The position numbers were made by a program, and so were the translations under genes. Positions 62,224 through 64,000 of a stretch of 64,000 bases of DNA are shown piece after piece. Origin of the DNA: Octopus vulgaris. Its lineage: Eukaryota. Where the stretch lies: NCBI GenBank assembly GCA_951406725.2, contig OX597816.1, positions 123,938,001 to 124,002,000 on the forward strand. The letters are read 5' to 3'. The notes under the pieces are model-generated. The model saw only the letters and a list, made by a program, of their open reading frames with translations. It made no database searches and was not told the DNA's origin. Each line of letters starts with the position of its first letter. Within the stretch, counting starts at the first letter, position 1.

Positions 62224-63099
62224 ATCGATCTTTGTAGAATTATCATCATTGTCAACATCATTATCAGCATCATCATTGTTATTGTTAATGTCATCCTCTT
62301 TATCATGATTAATAACATCATCATTGTCATCATCATTCTTGACTTTATCATCATTAACATCACCATCATCATTGCTGCTGTCGCCATCATCATCGTTATG
62401 ATGAATTGACTTTTCCATGTCCACATGAGTTTAATGGTTCTTCTGCTGTACTGTATCTCAGCATGGCTTGCAGTCCTTTGTCATCTCTATGTATTTTAGT
62501 CTCTTGAGATCTCAAACTTTGCAACTCCTTTCCTTGTCTTTCTTGGTTTTCTTCTTCAGAAGGTTCCTTTCACTTGGATCAGGTTGTACTTCTGTACACA
62601 ACAGAAGAACACTCTCTGTATCAGTGCAGTATTTTCTCTTGCAGACTACATTTAATTCCTGTTATACAGATTCCAGTGGATTTGTGCTCTGACATTCATG
62701 CACACCAGCAATACACATCCAGCAAAGAATGATTGCCTCATTTCATTTCAGAATTTGCACATCATATATGTGCAAAGCCCATGATTCTCTTCCATGCAAT
62801 ATTGCATTTGCGACGAGAGCATCATCCAATTTGATTTCCATTTGCAGTGAATATCCTTTTGTTACCTGCAAATGCCATTGTTCTGTACATTTTTTTCACC
62901 ATTTTTACTCTGGTGGCTTGGCCAGCCTGTTGGGCAATTTAAAAGCATTAATTTCATGCAAGGTCTTGCTGTTAACTATGACAGTATATATGTCACATAC
63001 AAAGTTTTCCTTTCTGTCAGCCTACTTGTTATATAACTTGGTCTCTTGTGCACTGCTATGTACATTAGCAATATGCTATGGTGATGGTACTCCCTTCTA

Positions 63100-63990
63100 T
63101 TCGGCATATTAAGTATGGCCCACTATACAGATGGCTTTAGATTCCTGCAAACTAAAACCTTTTTGTTTTGGAGGTGTAGTTTGAGGTCTTTCACTTTTAT
63201 ACTTTGCTGCCATGGTTAAATTTTTCTGGTTATTAAAATTTTTGTTGTTGTTATGGTGGTTTTTCAAATTTTAACTGCTTCAGCTACTGGAACTAAGCCA
63301 TTGGCTCATAGGGTTTTCTATATAGAGTGAGTCTTGAATTTCATTGTTTTGGCCAGGAAAACTATAACAAATGGGAGACTAAAATGTGAACCTTCATGGA
63401 CACCTGCTAAAAACACAAAATTCTTCACTGAACTCATTGCTAACACCCACCTTATTGATAGCATCCCAGCTATGGTTTGTATAGCTTCACAACATTCAAT
63501 TAAACTTAGTTTACTTAGAGTTCACTCAATTACTGAGCATGATGCTCTTTCAAAGGCTTTATTAGGTTAACAAATGGTAGGCATAGTGACTTTTGCCTTT
63601 GTCTTCATGAAAGGGGGCATCAATGGTACCCTATCCAAGTATGGATCCAAATTGTGTTTCATTAGAGCTTATTCCCTTCATACTCTGTCACTTGCCATCC
63701 CTATTGTTGCTTCTTTCTAGAACATCTTTACCTTTGTGGCATCTCATGAAGATGCTGTTACACAAGTTGTTAGGTATGACATTTCCATAGTGCTCTCTGA
63801 TTGACAATGTGAGTGACAAGCCATGTCATACTATACCAGATATTTTCATCATCTTAACAGTTAGCCCTATTGTCCAGCTGCTTTCCTAATATTCATGTCT
63901 TTCTCATTCACCAACTTGTAGTAACATTTCTAAGCCACTTTTTCTTCAGCGTCAGTTAGGCTAAGTGCTCCACTATCATCTTGCAGACAC
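63100..63990 (-). mobile_element. RTE-clade RT remnant
   Basis: Minus strand NEFSEEF..GVHEGS..FVIVFL..FKT.. resembles RTE GVHQGSVLSPLLF..EFKT..LYADD. Confidence 0.7.
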
Positions 63991-64000
63991 TTTTACTCCC

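Overview
AT-rich, repeat-saturated eukaryotic intronic or intergenic DNA. The SINE families and microsatellite load are what I recognise from octopus (coleoid cephalopod) genomes; this is recognition, not a database result. No intact host gene can be supported, and most ORFs in the track are microsatellite artefacts. Identifiable content: (1) a near full-length R4/Dong-clade site-specific non-LTR retrotransposon (Myb-like, RT, CCHC, restriction-like endonuclease) plus several diverged relatives, stacked in (TAA)n tracts at 46-56 kb; (2) a decayed Ty3/gypsy element at 16.1-20.0 kb whose two candidate LTRs do not match; (3) two mariner remnants, one with both TIRs; (4) a hAT MITE with a perfect 8-bp TSD and a probable non-autonomous Helitron; (5) RTE, CR1/Jockey-like and Tx1/L1 fragments; (6) dozens of SINEs from about five families. 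The most interesting signal is a set of type I hammerhead ribozyme folds at about 21.8, 24.9, 26.8, 27.15, 31.0 and 39.6 kb. They sit in small non-coding elements, several with long inverted repeats beside (TA)n tracts, consistent with non-autonomous Penelope-like or retrozyme elements. Also seen: a 43-bp exact templated insertion inside a dead LINE, a SINE/LINE shared 3' tail, and weak candidate minus-strand host exons.
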